The notes beneath the pieces were generated by a model, which saw only the letters and a list, made by a program, of their open reading frames with translations, was not told the origin of the DNA and did no database searches. A program made the translations under genes and the position numbers. From Adineta vaga (taxonomy: Eukaryota > Animalia > Rotifera), in contig CP075496.1 of assembly GCA_021613535.1 (NCBI GenBank), positions 1,488,001-1,552,000 on the forward strand: 64,000 bases of DNA. Direction: 5' to 3'. Positions 44,424 to 56,347 of this stretch are shown here, one piece after another; the first letter of the stretch is position 1; each line of letters begins with the position of its first letter.

Positions 44424-45262
44424 TCATTCAATAACACAGATACCGCCAGCTGCTTCAATTTTTGCTTTCATTGTTTCAGCATCCGCTTTACTAAGATTAT
44501 CACGTAAGACTTGAGGAATGGATTCGACTAATTTTTTCGCCTAAATCATCATAAATAAATACAATTGAATAAACTAAAATGTTAACGAACTTGAACAAGA
44601 TTGATATTTTCAACAACATCTTTGACTTGTTTTATCACAGGTACTTTTTTTGTATCATCATATTTAATTAAACGTACTTTAAATACAGATTGAGCTGTTG
44701 GACGAGAACTATCTTCTTCTTCTTCTTCCTCTTTTCTCTACAAGAAAGAAAAAACATCAAATCATCAAGTATTTCACATAAGAGTGAATTGCAACTTCTG
44801 TTTTGTACGAGTTCTGTTTAATCATGCTCATTGTAAAGAAGAAAGGAAGGAAGTTCGTACATTCAAACTGCAATTCACTCTACTAAAGAAGAAGATGTAC
44901 CGGCGCAGTCGGTGGTGGTAGACCACTGCCACCTCCCGATGCCACAATCGGCACGTCTTGTATCTTGAGTGTTCTCTATAAAAATATCGAAGTTTGTTTT
45001 TTAACAGTTTGCTTTTTGTTCAATTGTCGAAATAAATAGATGATTTTACCTTTAAAAGTTCATTTAAATCCATCACTTCTATCATCGATAATTTGCTTAT
45101 TTCATTAACAATTCGTTGAATTTGATCTGAATAAACTTGATTCGATTCTGCAACATTTGTTGAAGGAGTTGCTTGTATGTGAGTTAATGACAAGAATCGA
45201 TTAAAAATCACGGACGGAACCGATTGTCGGAAACAAGATCGAAATATTAAACGAGAATACAT
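44424..45262 (-). CDS. MRPL12: Mitochondrial ribosomal protein L12 (bL12m)
   Basis: Arg-rich targeting peptide, IVNEISKLSMIEVMDLNELLK, FKVRLIKYDDTKKVPVIKQVK, NLVQ|AKKLVESIP, KAKIEAAGG. Confidence 0.92.
44781..44881. other. Intronic RNA hairpin (13-bp perfect outer stem + 7-bp inner stem) in an MRPL12 intron
   Basis: AGAGTGAATTGCA (44781-44793) pairs with TGCAATTCACTCT (44869-44881). TGTACGA (44804-44810) pairs with TCGTACA (44855-44861). Confidence 0.75.
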
Positions 45263-45665
45263 TCTCTTTTTTCTTTAAACTTGTATTAATTTTAATTGAA
45301 AAACTGTTAAAGTAGCTTAAGAGGACAGAATAAATTGTCTAATGGCCAAAAGACGCAATCCGATTGATCGATACTTATCCAATGAAAAAAAACTCCATTT
45401 AATTCATATGATGTTGGTTGATGACGGGGCGTGATCAAATAAGCAGTTAGGAAATCAAAAGATACGTACGGAAAAAAATTCTATCTAATCTCATCGTTTC
45501 ATCAAAATAAAAGCCAATTAAGAATTCATTTTCAATATATAATGCCAACGGCATTGATTCAACAAATTGCCGTTTATTTACCATTGATGTTCGTAAATAA
45601 TTTATTTATTATTTTTTTTAAATCTTTTGTTATTGTTGTCTTTTTTTTATTTAGTTTCATTGTCC

Positions 45666-46583
45666 ATGGGCCAGTGTCTTGAAAAAGTTCCTTCTGAGAG
45701 ACGATTAATGTCACATAATAATCATCCAAATCAGCAATCAATTTCAACTAAACACGTGAAGAAAAAAGCGAAACAAGACGCAACTGAACAACAATCCAAT
45801 CATCTCCGTCATTCATATAGACAAATGAATCCAACAACGACAACATTAGAACCTCGTCGTGATTTACCTTTACATAAAATTCCTGAACTTCTCGCTAAAA
45901 TTACTGGAACATTATCATCAACATTATCATCATCAGGAATAGATACAAAACAAAATTCATCATCGAATGCAATCATAAATTTATCCGATCGCCGTTTACA
46001 ATTATTTAAATATTATTCCGATGATGATGAATTAATGTCTGTTGATGGAATTCTTCGTTTTTGTAAAGATTTATCCTTTGAACCTGATTGTTATGAAGTT
46101 CTTTTATTCTGTTTTGTATGTCGTGCTAAACAAATGTATTCGTTAACAAAAGAAGAATTTCTTCGTGGCTTAAAAACACTTGGAAATCATGTTGATAATC
46201 TCTTAGATATTCGAACAGCATTATCAAATTATAATATTTCACCATATGAAAATGAATTTTATACATGGACGTATCATTATGGTTTAATTGATGGTCAACG
46301 TTGTGTTACAACAGCAAATGCTATTAGTCTATGGCGTTTATATTATTTAAAAGGTATTGAAAAACCGTTGATATTGAATCAATGGTTAAATTATTTAGAA
46401 GAAGATATTCATAATGAAATTCCGAAATCTATAACATGTGATACATGGACAATATTTCCTCAATTTGCAAAATTTATTCAGTTCAATGGCTACGAAGCTT
46501 ACGATGATAATGAAGCATGGCCATGTTTATTCGATGGATTTGTTGAACATCAATTAGAACAACAAAAACAAAAAAAAACATAA
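45666..46583 (+). CDS. DCUN1D3: DCN1-like protein 3 (neddylation co-E3), intronless
   Basis: N-terminal MGQC acylation motif, PONY domain DGILRFCKDL, DTW..F..F, AYDDNEAWPCLFDGFVE. Confidence 0.85.
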   Translation: MGQCLEKVPSERRLMSHNNHPNQQSISTKHVKKKAKQDATEQQSNHLRHSYRQMNPTTTTLEPRRDLPLHKIPELLAKITGTLSSTLSSSGIDTKQNSSSNAIINLSDRRLQLFKYYSDDDELMSVDGILRFCKDLSFEPDCYEVLLFCFVCRAKQMYSLTKEEFLRGLKTLGNHVDNLLDIRTALSNYNISPYENEFYTWTYHYGLIDGQRCVTTANAISLWRLYYLKGIEKPLILNQWLNYLEEDIHNEIPKSITCDTWTIFPQFAKFIQFNGYEAYDDNEAWPCLFDGFVEHQLEQQKQKKT

Positions 46584-47204
46584 AATTGATCAGAAATTAT
46601 TTACAAGGATCGATTTTTGCACTTCTGTTGTATTCAAAAAAAAAACAATAAATAAAATAAACAAATAAAAATGAATTTCTTTTCTCGTTTTATTTTCTTC
46701 TTCCTTTTTTCTTTTTAGATTTCATGAGTATCGATGAGCATGTCTTTCTCTTTCTCTCTCTGATCTATTTAATAGAAAACATAATTGATTATTTCGGTTT
46801 TATTTACAAGTCGAAAATACCCTCGAGAATAGAAGAGAACTCGATCGATTGGTTCAATTAAAAAATGAATTTTTGTTTTTTCTCGATAGATGACAGTTAG
46901 TGTATCTATCTGTAAGTTGATCTTCTATTCACAAATCTGTAAAAAAAGAAGAAGAAGAAAAAAAATTGTCGACATTTTTCTTTTCCGTAGCGTCGATTTT
47001 ACTAATGACTCAGAAAAAGTCGATGTCAATTTCGAGGAAAAAGAAAAGAAATAATCAATTATTCGGTAGAACTTGTTTATATGTGTACCAGACATCAGCT
47101 CGCATTTGATGATTCATACTAAATATTTCGAGGTATAAATGACTTCTTTTCTTCATTGTAGATGTAGCTTGTGTTTTTTATTTCCTAATACAATCATTCA
47201 GATA

Positions 47205-48815
47205 ATGTCAAACAAAAGTAAGTTGAATAAAATAATTTAAATTTCTATTGGCTTATTTAGTGAACAAGCCATCTAGCAAATTAAATCTGAAACCATTGGA
47301 TTTTGATGCTTCAGCAAATTCTACTAAAGTAAAACAACAACAACCTGAACCAGCAAATATAAATCCCGTCCCGTATGTAATCATAATACTAAACATTTTC
47401 TTTTATTTCACTTGAAGAATTCAATTCTAGTCGACAAGTTTCATCGGCATCAAGTCATCGTGATCTCAGTACTGGCAAACTCCACCTATCCGATTCCAAA
47501 GTTTGTATATCTTTCATTTAAAAGTAAAAGATCTTCTTTCTATTGAAATTCTTTTGCAGGTTTATAAATTTACATCCAATGATTTAATTGATCGCGGTGT
47601 TATTGGAGAAGGTAATTTTGGTATTGTATGCAAAATGGAACATGAAAAAAGTGGAACATTGATGGCTGTTAAAGTATTAAAGACTGATTTATTTGAAAAT
47701 TTGTCTTATTTTCATAATGAAATAATTTCTTTAGAGAATTCGTTCAACTGTTGATGAACGATGTCAAAAACAAATGCTCAATGAATTAGATATTGTTATG
47801 CGTGAAAACGCTTGTCCACATATTGTACAATTCTATGGTGCACTTTTTAAAGAAGGTGATTGTTGGATTTGTATGGAATTAATGGATACATCCTTGGATC
47901 GATTTTATAAATTTGTTTATCATAAACTTAATCAATCTATTCCAGAAAGTGTTCTCGCTTATATTACTCTTGCCGTAAGATTTATATGACAAATTATTTT
48001 TGATTATAGTTTCGTTCTTTTTTTAAATAGACTTTAGAAGCATTAGAATATATTAAATCAACATGGCATATCATTCATCGTGATGTTAAACCATCGAATA
48101 TTTTAGTTTCACGATCGACGATTAAACTTTGCGATTTTGGTATTAGTGGACAATTGATCGATTCAATTGCAAAAACACGCGATGCTGGTTGTCGACCATA
48201 TTTACCCGTAAGATTATTCAATCAACTCATAGAAAATAAGTTTTGTTTTGTCTGTCCTATATAGCCTGAACGTATTGATCCTTTACGAGCTACAAAAGAT
48301 GGTTATGATGTTCGATCCGATGTTTGGTCACTTGGTATAACAATTGTAAGTAAATGAACTATTGTCTTCGAAAAACCAAACAAAAATAAGAATTCATTTT
48401 TTTAGTATGAAATTTCTACGGGATATTTTCCATTTCGAGAATGGACATCAGTTTTTGACCAACTACAACAAATTGTTGAAGGTCCTCCTTTAAGATTAAC
48501 TGTTGATCGTCTTTCAGATAATTGCAAAGATTTTGTAAATACATGGTAATATAAAATTCAATTGATTTGTTTTGATAAAAAAAAAACCAATTAAATTGTT
48601 TTGTTTTTAGTTTAAATAAAGATGAAAATCAAAGACCAAAGTATAAAAAACTATTGGAACATCCATTTGTACGCAACGCTGATGGACAACAACAAGTAGA
48701 AAATACAGCGGCTTATCTCTCGGAAATTATTGATGGACTCTCAGAAAATATGGATACATTTGAAATGTATTATTATTTACCACCAAATGCTTCAGCATCA
48801 TCGAATAATCGATGA
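47205..48815 (+). CDS. MAP2K4: Dual-specificity MAP kinase kinase 4 (MKK4/SEK1)
   Basis: [12 protein letters not shown]|[62 protein letters not shown] (SIAKT activation loop). Confidence 0.93.
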
Positions 48816-49210
48816 CTAAACTGTGTTATCGAATGAATATTTCTTCTTCTTCTTCTTTTTTTTTTCTTCTTGATTATTTATTTCGATTTGATATCAATTC
48901 CAAAACAATCTTTATTTATTTCCTATGTTTTCTTCTTTCTGTGTGTAATTGGACAAGGAAAATATTTCTTTCTTTCTTTTTTTGGAAAAATACGTTACTC
49001 TCGCTAATTTCATTTTGATGTTGTCAATCTGTGGTTATTTTTTCGAATAGAACAATTCTTATTTTCACTTTTCTTGAGAAATTGTTGTTGTATTTGTATG
49101 AAAGTGATGTTTGAAAAGTATCTCGTGAAAAAAAAATATAAAATACACTAAGAACAAAACCAAAGTAATCTTACAGGACACATATAATGAAATCAAAACT
49201 AGATGTACGC

Positions 49211-49227
49211 GTTCTGCTGATCATCGT
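49211..49227. repeat. 17-bp inverted repeat, left member (likely transposon terminus)
   Basis: GTTCTGCTGATCATCGT is the exact reverse complement of 52552-52568. It is followed by GTTA. A degenerate relative lies near 49513-49530. Confidence 0.7.
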
Positions 49228-51067
49228 GTTAAAAAAGAAATTCAATGTGAAAATTGCTTTCGACAATAATTATCAAGTCACACATGAGATGGGTGAGTCA
49301 TAGGTTTTCATATCGCAAGTAAAAAATGATTAGATTTGACAATCGCTGCGATCTAGTTCAAAATTGGTTGAGCGTCATGTTTTTTCCATATATAAAATGA
49401 ATAATCAATTACGCACAGTCGATATGAATTTCTGTTCTTCGGAAATCGTGAGTCACGCATTTCAACTATATTTGACAACGTTGGTTTTCTATTACTTCAA
49501 AATGTGATCGGCGTGATGATCAGTAGAATCATTGAAGTTTTCTAGGTCAAACAATACGATCCTGTTGTGAATGTATACTACATTTTACGGGTATATATGC
49601 AATCTGCATTCATCGACCCAGGTTTAATTTTATAAGATGAAGAAATTCAACAATTGATAAATTTTGTTTCTCAGATTGTTTATTAATTTGTAGTTTTCTG
49701 ATAGATTATAGATATACGTTTAATAAATAGAACTGACTGTGAAATTCCAATGAATTTTTATCTCGTTTTACTTGGAGATGAATATATATTGCAATAATCC
49801 ATAAGACTTTAAGGATAATAGTTTATCCATGTACAACTTGTGACTGATATTCAACTGTTCAGTTATTTAAATTTTTAAATATGCAATTAGAAGAGTGATG
49901 GGGGCAAGGACTTAGTGAAGGTGTTGCGAATGATGTTGGGGCAACGGGAAGAATACTTGAAAGCTCGAATAGTCGAATTCGACTTTCACGTTTAAAACTA
50001 CTGTAATATTATGGAAAAAGTTATCAAACATGATTATTAGAAACATCTTTCAAATCGGATTCACTTCTGATGATATGTTCACGCATACTTTTTCAATATA
50101 GACAAGGAAGAGACAGAAAAACAACAACGGCAATCCATTAGTTGAAAATCTGTATAATCCTCATATCCTGTCTGCTTGATGTTGCATTACTAATGCATTT
50201 TCAAGAATGATCGTAAAAGTGACTTTTCTTGTAGCAAAACTGCCGATGAATAAGATAATATTCCATTAATTTTATCTGGAAAAAAACGGAAGTACGAAAT
50301 ATTCATTACTTAAAACTGTTATTGATCTTGATGATCTATCTACTTGATAAAAATAGTCTATAGAAATACATTTACTCATCCATGTCACTTACGTCACTAG
50401 AAATCTTTTCTAGGCATGTGATAATCTGCTGATTGAGTTATGAATTTGCACCTGATTTTTTTACGCATTTGTTTTTTTCTTCTTCATCTCCTATTTGATA
50501 ATCTAATTTCTGAATCATATATGTAGTTGACATGTAATTAAATTGAAGAAATAATTGACGAAGAATAGCATGTATTTTGTTGATGAATGATTCTTATAGT
50601 ATCTTCCTCATAAAACTTAATTACAAATGAAGATATATTTGAATAGAAAGGTAAGAAGGAAAAAAAGAAATTTCCCCAGAAGTAGTTCTTTTCTTAGTTA
50701 GATTTTAAGAGATTATCATCTCTTATTCATGCCCAATGTGATCTAGTGTCATCATTTCTCTTTTCATTTCTTTTCTTACTACACTCTTGATTAGTCGCAC
50801 ATAACTATTCATTTTGTAGACTTCGATTAGAAAGAGTAATTTTCTCTTCTTGTCGAATCTGATGGATGCTTTCTAACTGAGCAAATGTTATTTTGGAAAT
50901 AAAAATCATCGTTAGATAATTATATATTTTCCATTAATTTTACTCGAGCTAAGTATTAAATTTTAATGTAATAAAACTTTTGATAAATCCTATTATTATT
51001 TCACATGAACACACCCACTTTTACTACGAAGATCTTTTAGATACACATTTTATTATCTATAACCAGC

Positions 51068-52255
51068 ATGTCTTTGACAGAAGATCAGAAACAGATTCTC
51101 AAATCAACATCACCAATTTTCAAGGAACATGGCAAAGAAATCACCTCTATTCTTTACAAACACATGTTTGCTGTTCATCCTGAATTATTAGATATATTCA
51201 ATCGAACAAATCAAAAGAATGGAAAACAACCATTTGCTTTAGCAAATACAATGTATCTTGCCATCGAAAATATCGATAATTTAGAAGTGCTTATGCCTCA
51301 AATCTTATTGATTGCTCATAAACATCGTGCATCAACTGTTCGTCCAGAACATTATCCCATCGTCGGAAAATATTTACTTGTTGCCATCGATGAATTTCTC
51401 GGTGGAATGGGTGATCCCAGCATTTTGAATGCTTGGGCAGCTGCCTACAAAATTATTACAGATGTTTTTATCGGTATTGAAAAAAAACTGTATGCTGAAC
51501 TTGGTGATAAACAAGAACAAGGTTTCCTTCCATTTAAAATCACCAAAAAAGAAACTATTGCAAGTGGACCAGTTGTGGCTTTTACATTCGAACGCACGGA
51601 TGAAGGTAAATTACCTGGTTATCATACCGGACAATATCTCACTCTTCGAATTAAGAAGAAAGGTTGTTTACATATTCGACATTACAGCCTTATTCAACCT
51701 TTCGATGGCAAAACTTATCGTATTGCAATAAAGCAAGAAAATGATCATGAACCAAAAGGTATTGTTTCCAGTGCATTGATTAACGAATATCGCGTTGGGG
51801 ATATAGTTCCATTAAGTTTACCAGCTGGAACATTTGGATTAGTCAAGAATGCAAAACATCATTTATTTATTGCAGGTGGTATTGGTATTACAGTTTTATC
51901 AGCAATGATACAAGATTTACATAAACAAGATAAATCTGATCTTGTTACATTGATTCATTGTGTAATTCGTGAAGATCAAGCAGTTTTCGCTGATGAAATG
52001 CGTGAAATTCTATCGGAAAACCAATATTATTTACTTATTCAAAGTAGACATCTTTTACAAGAAACGATTAAAAAAGTAATTAGATCAGAAACAGATGTTT
52101 ATCTTTGTGGTTCAGATGTATTTATGAACAAAGTTGAAGAATATTTATCACAATATAATCATCCAACATCTCAAATTCATGTTGAAGCGTATCAACCATC
52201 ACTCAGTTTAATTAAAGATGCAGTTAAAAATCATCCTACACCAAATCCATTATGA
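51068..52255 (+). CDS. hmp: Flavohemoglobin (NO dioxygenase) copy 1, intronless
   Basis: Globin domain (TyrB10 LYKH, PheCD1 DIFN, GlnE7, HisF8 AHKHRA, PEHYPIVG), FAD-binding GQYL/RHYSL/GIVS, NAD-binding AGGIGIT and YLCG. Confidence 0.95.
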   Translation: MSLTEDQKQILKSTSPIFKEHGKEITSILYKHMFAVHPELLDIFNRTNQKNGKQPFALANTMYLAIENIDNLEVLMPQILLIAHKHRASTVRPEHYPIVGKYLLVAIDEFLGGMGDPSILNAWAAAYKIITDVFIGIEKKLYAELGDKQEQGFLPFKITKKETIASGPVVAFTFERTDEGKLPGYHTGQYLTLRIKKKGCLHIRHYSLIQPFDGKTYRIAIKQENDHEPKGIVSSALINEYRVGDIVPLSLPAGTFGLVKNAKHHLFIAGGIGITVLSAMIQDLHKQDKSDLVTLIHCVIREDQAVFADEMREILSENQYYLLIQSRHLLQETIKKVIRSETDVYLCGSDVFMNKVEEYLSQYNHPTSQIHVEAYQPSLSLIKDAVKNHPTPNPL

Positions 52256-52465
52256 ATGTAAACAACGAATATAATCTGAATTAATTTTTCTTCTTGTAAG
52301 AAATCTTTTATTGTAAATATGATCGAACAATGTACTTGTTTTTCGTCTTTGTGCTGTGTAAGTCGATAGTTCGCCAATAAACGTTCTATGTACAGAAGAA
52401 ACCTCAACTAAATATTTATTTATTGTTTTGTAATTGGAAAAATAATTCAAAAATATTCATTCCAA

Positions 52466-52520
52466 AGGGTGTGGGTGTGGACAAAGTACAAAGAAATACT
52501 ACCACCCACACTTTCATCCT
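52466..52520. repeat. Short palindromic MITE-like element
   Basis: AGGGTGTGGGTGTGG...CCACCCACACTTTCATCCT. Same design and size as 25714-25769. Confidence 0.5.
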
Positions 52521-52551
52521 CAAGATGAAAATTTTCAAAAGTATACTCTTG

Positions 52552-52568
52552 ACGATGATCAGCAGAAC
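52552..52568. repeat. 17-bp inverted repeat, right member (likely left end of the Tc1/mariner-type relic)
   Basis: ACGATGATCAGCAGAAC is the reverse complement of 49211-49227. Confidence 0.7.
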
Positions 52569-53521
52569 CTGCAAGAGTTGAGGTTTATGAAAATGTTTCA
52601 GTTATGACTTGTATTGTTTGATATAATTAATTGTGCTTTATCAAGAAGAAATTCTAATTACGCGATTCTTACCCTTGCTCGCTAAACTGAAACTAAATGC
52701 TGTGTTTATTAATATCCCTTTTCAAATGTATACTAGCTTTCGAAAAATATACATCAAACGATTCGTGATATAGTAGAATATGACCATTGGCGTTGTCAAA
52801 GGCGATGTAAATATGCAATTGCGTATTTCATTGAGAGGTTTGTGTATCGAAATTTGATTCTGTTACAATTTTTATATTTAATTTGGGATTATCTTCTATA
52901 TTTTCCTTCGATCTGAATCACGTAGACAATTTCTGACTTTTTCTGTTCGTTATGAATTGATGGAAGAAAACAAAATCACAGAAATGTAAGTGCTGAATAC
53001 TACACATATATTTTTCTTTTTGTTCCTCCCTCGTATTTTCTTATAACGGTTAATCATTGTTGAAGTAGAAAAAGGAAGCTCGATCAAAGAAAATCTCGCC
53101 CATCTGTCTGAAATTTCTCATTACGCTACTGCCGACAACATGATCTGCAATATGACGGAGCCGATTATAATCCATCCTCAACATATATCACTAAACCTTT
53201 GATTGATTTTAATTATGCGTCTTTGCAATAAATTTAAATTAAACATGTGAAAATTAAGAACGTGATGAGCATACGATGCAAAAGTCTGGAAAAAAGCACA
53301 CGTGCATAAACATTTGATAGGTTGTTCATATCTCTTTTTAACGATATATAGTAAAGCTTCACTGTTTATTCATTGAAAAACTGACAGGCGGAGACAGAGA
53401 AGCACGATTACAACGATTCCACAACTTCTATTATTACTTTGCTGATAATTCCTTAAAAACTACAATTAATTACTTTACAAAGTACAATCTATTTATAAAC
53501 TACCAAAGATCTGTCTTGAAA

Positions 53522-53870
53522 TGGTTGGTCATATCATCTAAAGGAGTTTTTGATGCTTATGTCCACAAAAGCGAACGAGCTAATAACCAAGAAATATACT
53601 TGAATGAATATATTAATAAAAGACTGTTATCATTTATCATCAACTATCATTCTGATGGAAATTATTTGTTTTGACCTTATTTAGCCACTACGCATTGTTC
53701 AAGATCATTCACATGAAGCAAATGTATAGTATATGCAAATAATTGGGAAGCAAAAGATATCGAACAGTTGACTAGAAGAATAAAGAATAAGAAACAAAAG
53801 AATTTGATCAATACATGTTGCAAGGAATGATGCAGGGTGTTTGAAAGAAGAATTTAAAAAAACTTAGCTA
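53522..53870 (+). mobile_element. Degenerate IS630/Tc1/mariner-type transposase fragment (pseudogene)
   Basis: The frame from 53522 reads WLVISSKGVFDAYVHKSERANNQEIYLNEYINKRLLSFIINYHSDGNYLF*PYLATTH (a decayed FWPDLA..H second-Asp motif). After a deletion come NNWEAKDIEQLTRRIK and, frameshifted, LQGMMQGV, typical of the C-terminus. Confidence 0.72.
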
Positions 53871-55159
53871 TCCACGTTCTAAAATGGCTGAACTACAGAG
53901 CTCAACATTTTCCCAAAGACTTGTATCATGTGTTCTTAAGAGCATCTGTCAAAGTAGAAATATTATTTTTAATCTTTTAAATCAGATTTAATTTGTTTTA
54001 GCTTCTAAAACCTAATAAAATATTTGAATTGCAGAATTTCCAGATTCATTACTGATGATACCAGGTAGACACAGTTTTTTCAACCTAAATAAGGAAGATG
54101 AAGAGAGGAAAAAAATTTTAAACCATTAGTCAAACATCAGTATAACGCTCATCTCCTCTCTACTCGATGTAACATTACTAATGCGTTTCCAACAAAAATG
54201 ATGAAAGTAGATGCATAGAGAGATATTATGAGATAATATCATCGCACTATGAAACTGTTGTTTACCCCTTCTTTTTTTAACATTTTATTTCGACATACTA
54301 CCTGTAGTTGACTTATCATTAGAGCAAAAGAATAAATGGAGAGAGAATAGTAGCATACATTTTATTGGTGAATAGTTGTTAGTATCTTTCTCCGTAAAAC
54401 TAAATTTCTAGTGAAAATTACTTTTGAACAGAGAGTTAAAAAAAACAAAGTAATATTTTCAGCCGTAGTTCTTCTCGTAACTGAATGTATAAGGATTATC
54501 ATCGCTAATTTCTTACTAAATATCAATTCTCGTGTCATTATTTCTCCTTTCATTTCTTTTCCTAGTACATTTGGGATTAGTCGTACATTTCTATTGAACT
54601 TGTAGAATTCGATTCGAGCAATTAATTTTAACTTGTTTTCAACTCAAACGATTGCGTTGTAACAAAATAAACATGTGACCTTTGAAACAGAAATCATCGA
54701 TACATATTTATCTACTTTCCATCAACACTTTTGATTAGTACAACTTTTACAGGCAAACATTTTGTAACATTTTTTATTTTCCATATATCTCAGCGTAAGT
54801 CAACAATGATATTTTCAAAAGCACCCTAAGAATGCGACTAAGAGATCTCATTGACTTGTTTCAATAGTCTTCGATGTACTCGAAATGGAAAACCTACACG
54901 ACGTTGCCGTATTTCATTCATTTCAATTTTAGAAAAACCGACTGAGATTTCTTGAAAGTACTCATGTAAAACTCTTCAATCTGCATCTTTTTTGCAATAT
55001 TCAACACGTTATCATTGACACACGTTGAGATATTTGCGCAATAAAAACAGTTGCAAAACTTTCGCTTCACCTGCTCTGAATGAATTTATCATTCCGTAAG
55101 ATCACACTCATTTTAACAAGAAGATCTTGTAGATACAGATTTCATTATTTATAACCAGC

Positions 55160-56347
55160 ATGTCTTTGACAGAAGATCAGAAACAGATTCTCAAATCAAC
55201 ATCACCAATTTTCAAGGAACATGGCAAAGAAATCACCTCTATTCTTTACAAACATATTTTTTCTAATCATCCCGAATTATTAGATATATTCAATCGAACA
55301 AATCAAAAGAATGGAACACAGCCGCTTGCTTTAGCAAATACAATATATCTTGCCATCGAAAATATCGATAATTTAGAAGTACTTATGCCTCAAATCTTAT
55401 TGATTGCTCATAAACATCGTGCATCAACTGTTCGTCCAGAACATTATCCAATCGTCGGAAAATATTTACTTGTTGCCATCGATGAATTTCTCGGTGGAAT
55501 GAGTGATCCCAGTATTTTGAATGCTTGGGCAGCTGCTTACAAAATCCTTGCAGATACGTTTATCGATATTGAAAAAAAACTGTATGCTGAACTTGGTGAT
55601 AAACAAGAACAAGGTTTCCTTCCATTTAAAATCACCAAAAAAGAAACTATTGCAGGTGGACCAGTTGTGGCTTTTACACTGAAACGAAATGATGAAGGTG
55701 AATTACACGATTATCATTCTGGACAATATCTTACTCTTCAAATTAAGAAGCAGGGTTGTTTACATATTCGACATTACAGCCTTATTCAACCTTTCGATGG
55801 CAAAACTTATCGTATTGCAATAAAGCAAGAAAATGATCATGAACCAAAAGGTATTGTTTCCAATGCATTGATTAATGAGTATAGCGTTGGGGATAAAATT
55901 ACATTAAGTTTACCAGCTGGAACATTTGGATTAGTTAAGGATGCAAAGCATCATTTATTCATTGCAGGTGGTATTGGTATTACAGTTTTATCAGCAATGA
56001 TACAAGATTTACATAAACAAGATAAATCTGATCTTGTTACATTGATTCATTGTGTAATTCGTGAAGATCAAGCAGTTTTTGCTGATGAAATGCGTGAAAT
56101 TCTATCGGAAAACCAATATTATTTACTTATTCAAAGTAAACATCTTTTACAAGAAACGATTGAAAAAGTAATTAGATCAGAAACAGATGTTTATCTTTGT
56201 GGTTCAGATGTATTAATGAACAAAGTTGAAGAATATTTATCACAATGTAATCATCCAACATCTCAAATTCATGTCGAAACATTTCAACCATCACTCAGTT
56301 TAGTTAAAAATGGCGTGAAAAATCAATCTGCTACAAAACCAATATGA
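55160..56347 (+). CDS. hmp: Flavohemoglobin copy 2, intronless
   Basis: Same motifs as copy 1. About 42 of 395 residues differ from copy 1 by my manual count. Confidence 0.95.
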   Translation: MSLTEDQKQILKSTSPIFKEHGKEITSILYKHIFSNHPELLDIFNRTNQKNGTQPLALANTIYLAIENIDNLEVLMPQILLIAHKHRASTVRPEHYPIVGKYLLVAIDEFLGGMSDPSILNAWAAAYKILADTFIDIEKKLYAELGDKQEQGFLPFKITKKETIAGGPVVAFTLKRNDEGELHDYHSGQYLTLQIKKQGCLHIRHYSLIQPFDGKTYRIAIKQENDHEPKGIVSNALINEYSVGDKITLSLPAGTFGLVKDAKHHLFIAGGIGITVLSAMIQDLHKQDKSDLVTLIHCVIREDQAVFADEMREILSENQYYLLIQSKHLLQETIEKVIRSETDVYLCGSDVLMNKVEEYLSQCNHPTSQIHVETFQPSLSLVKNGVKNQSATKPI

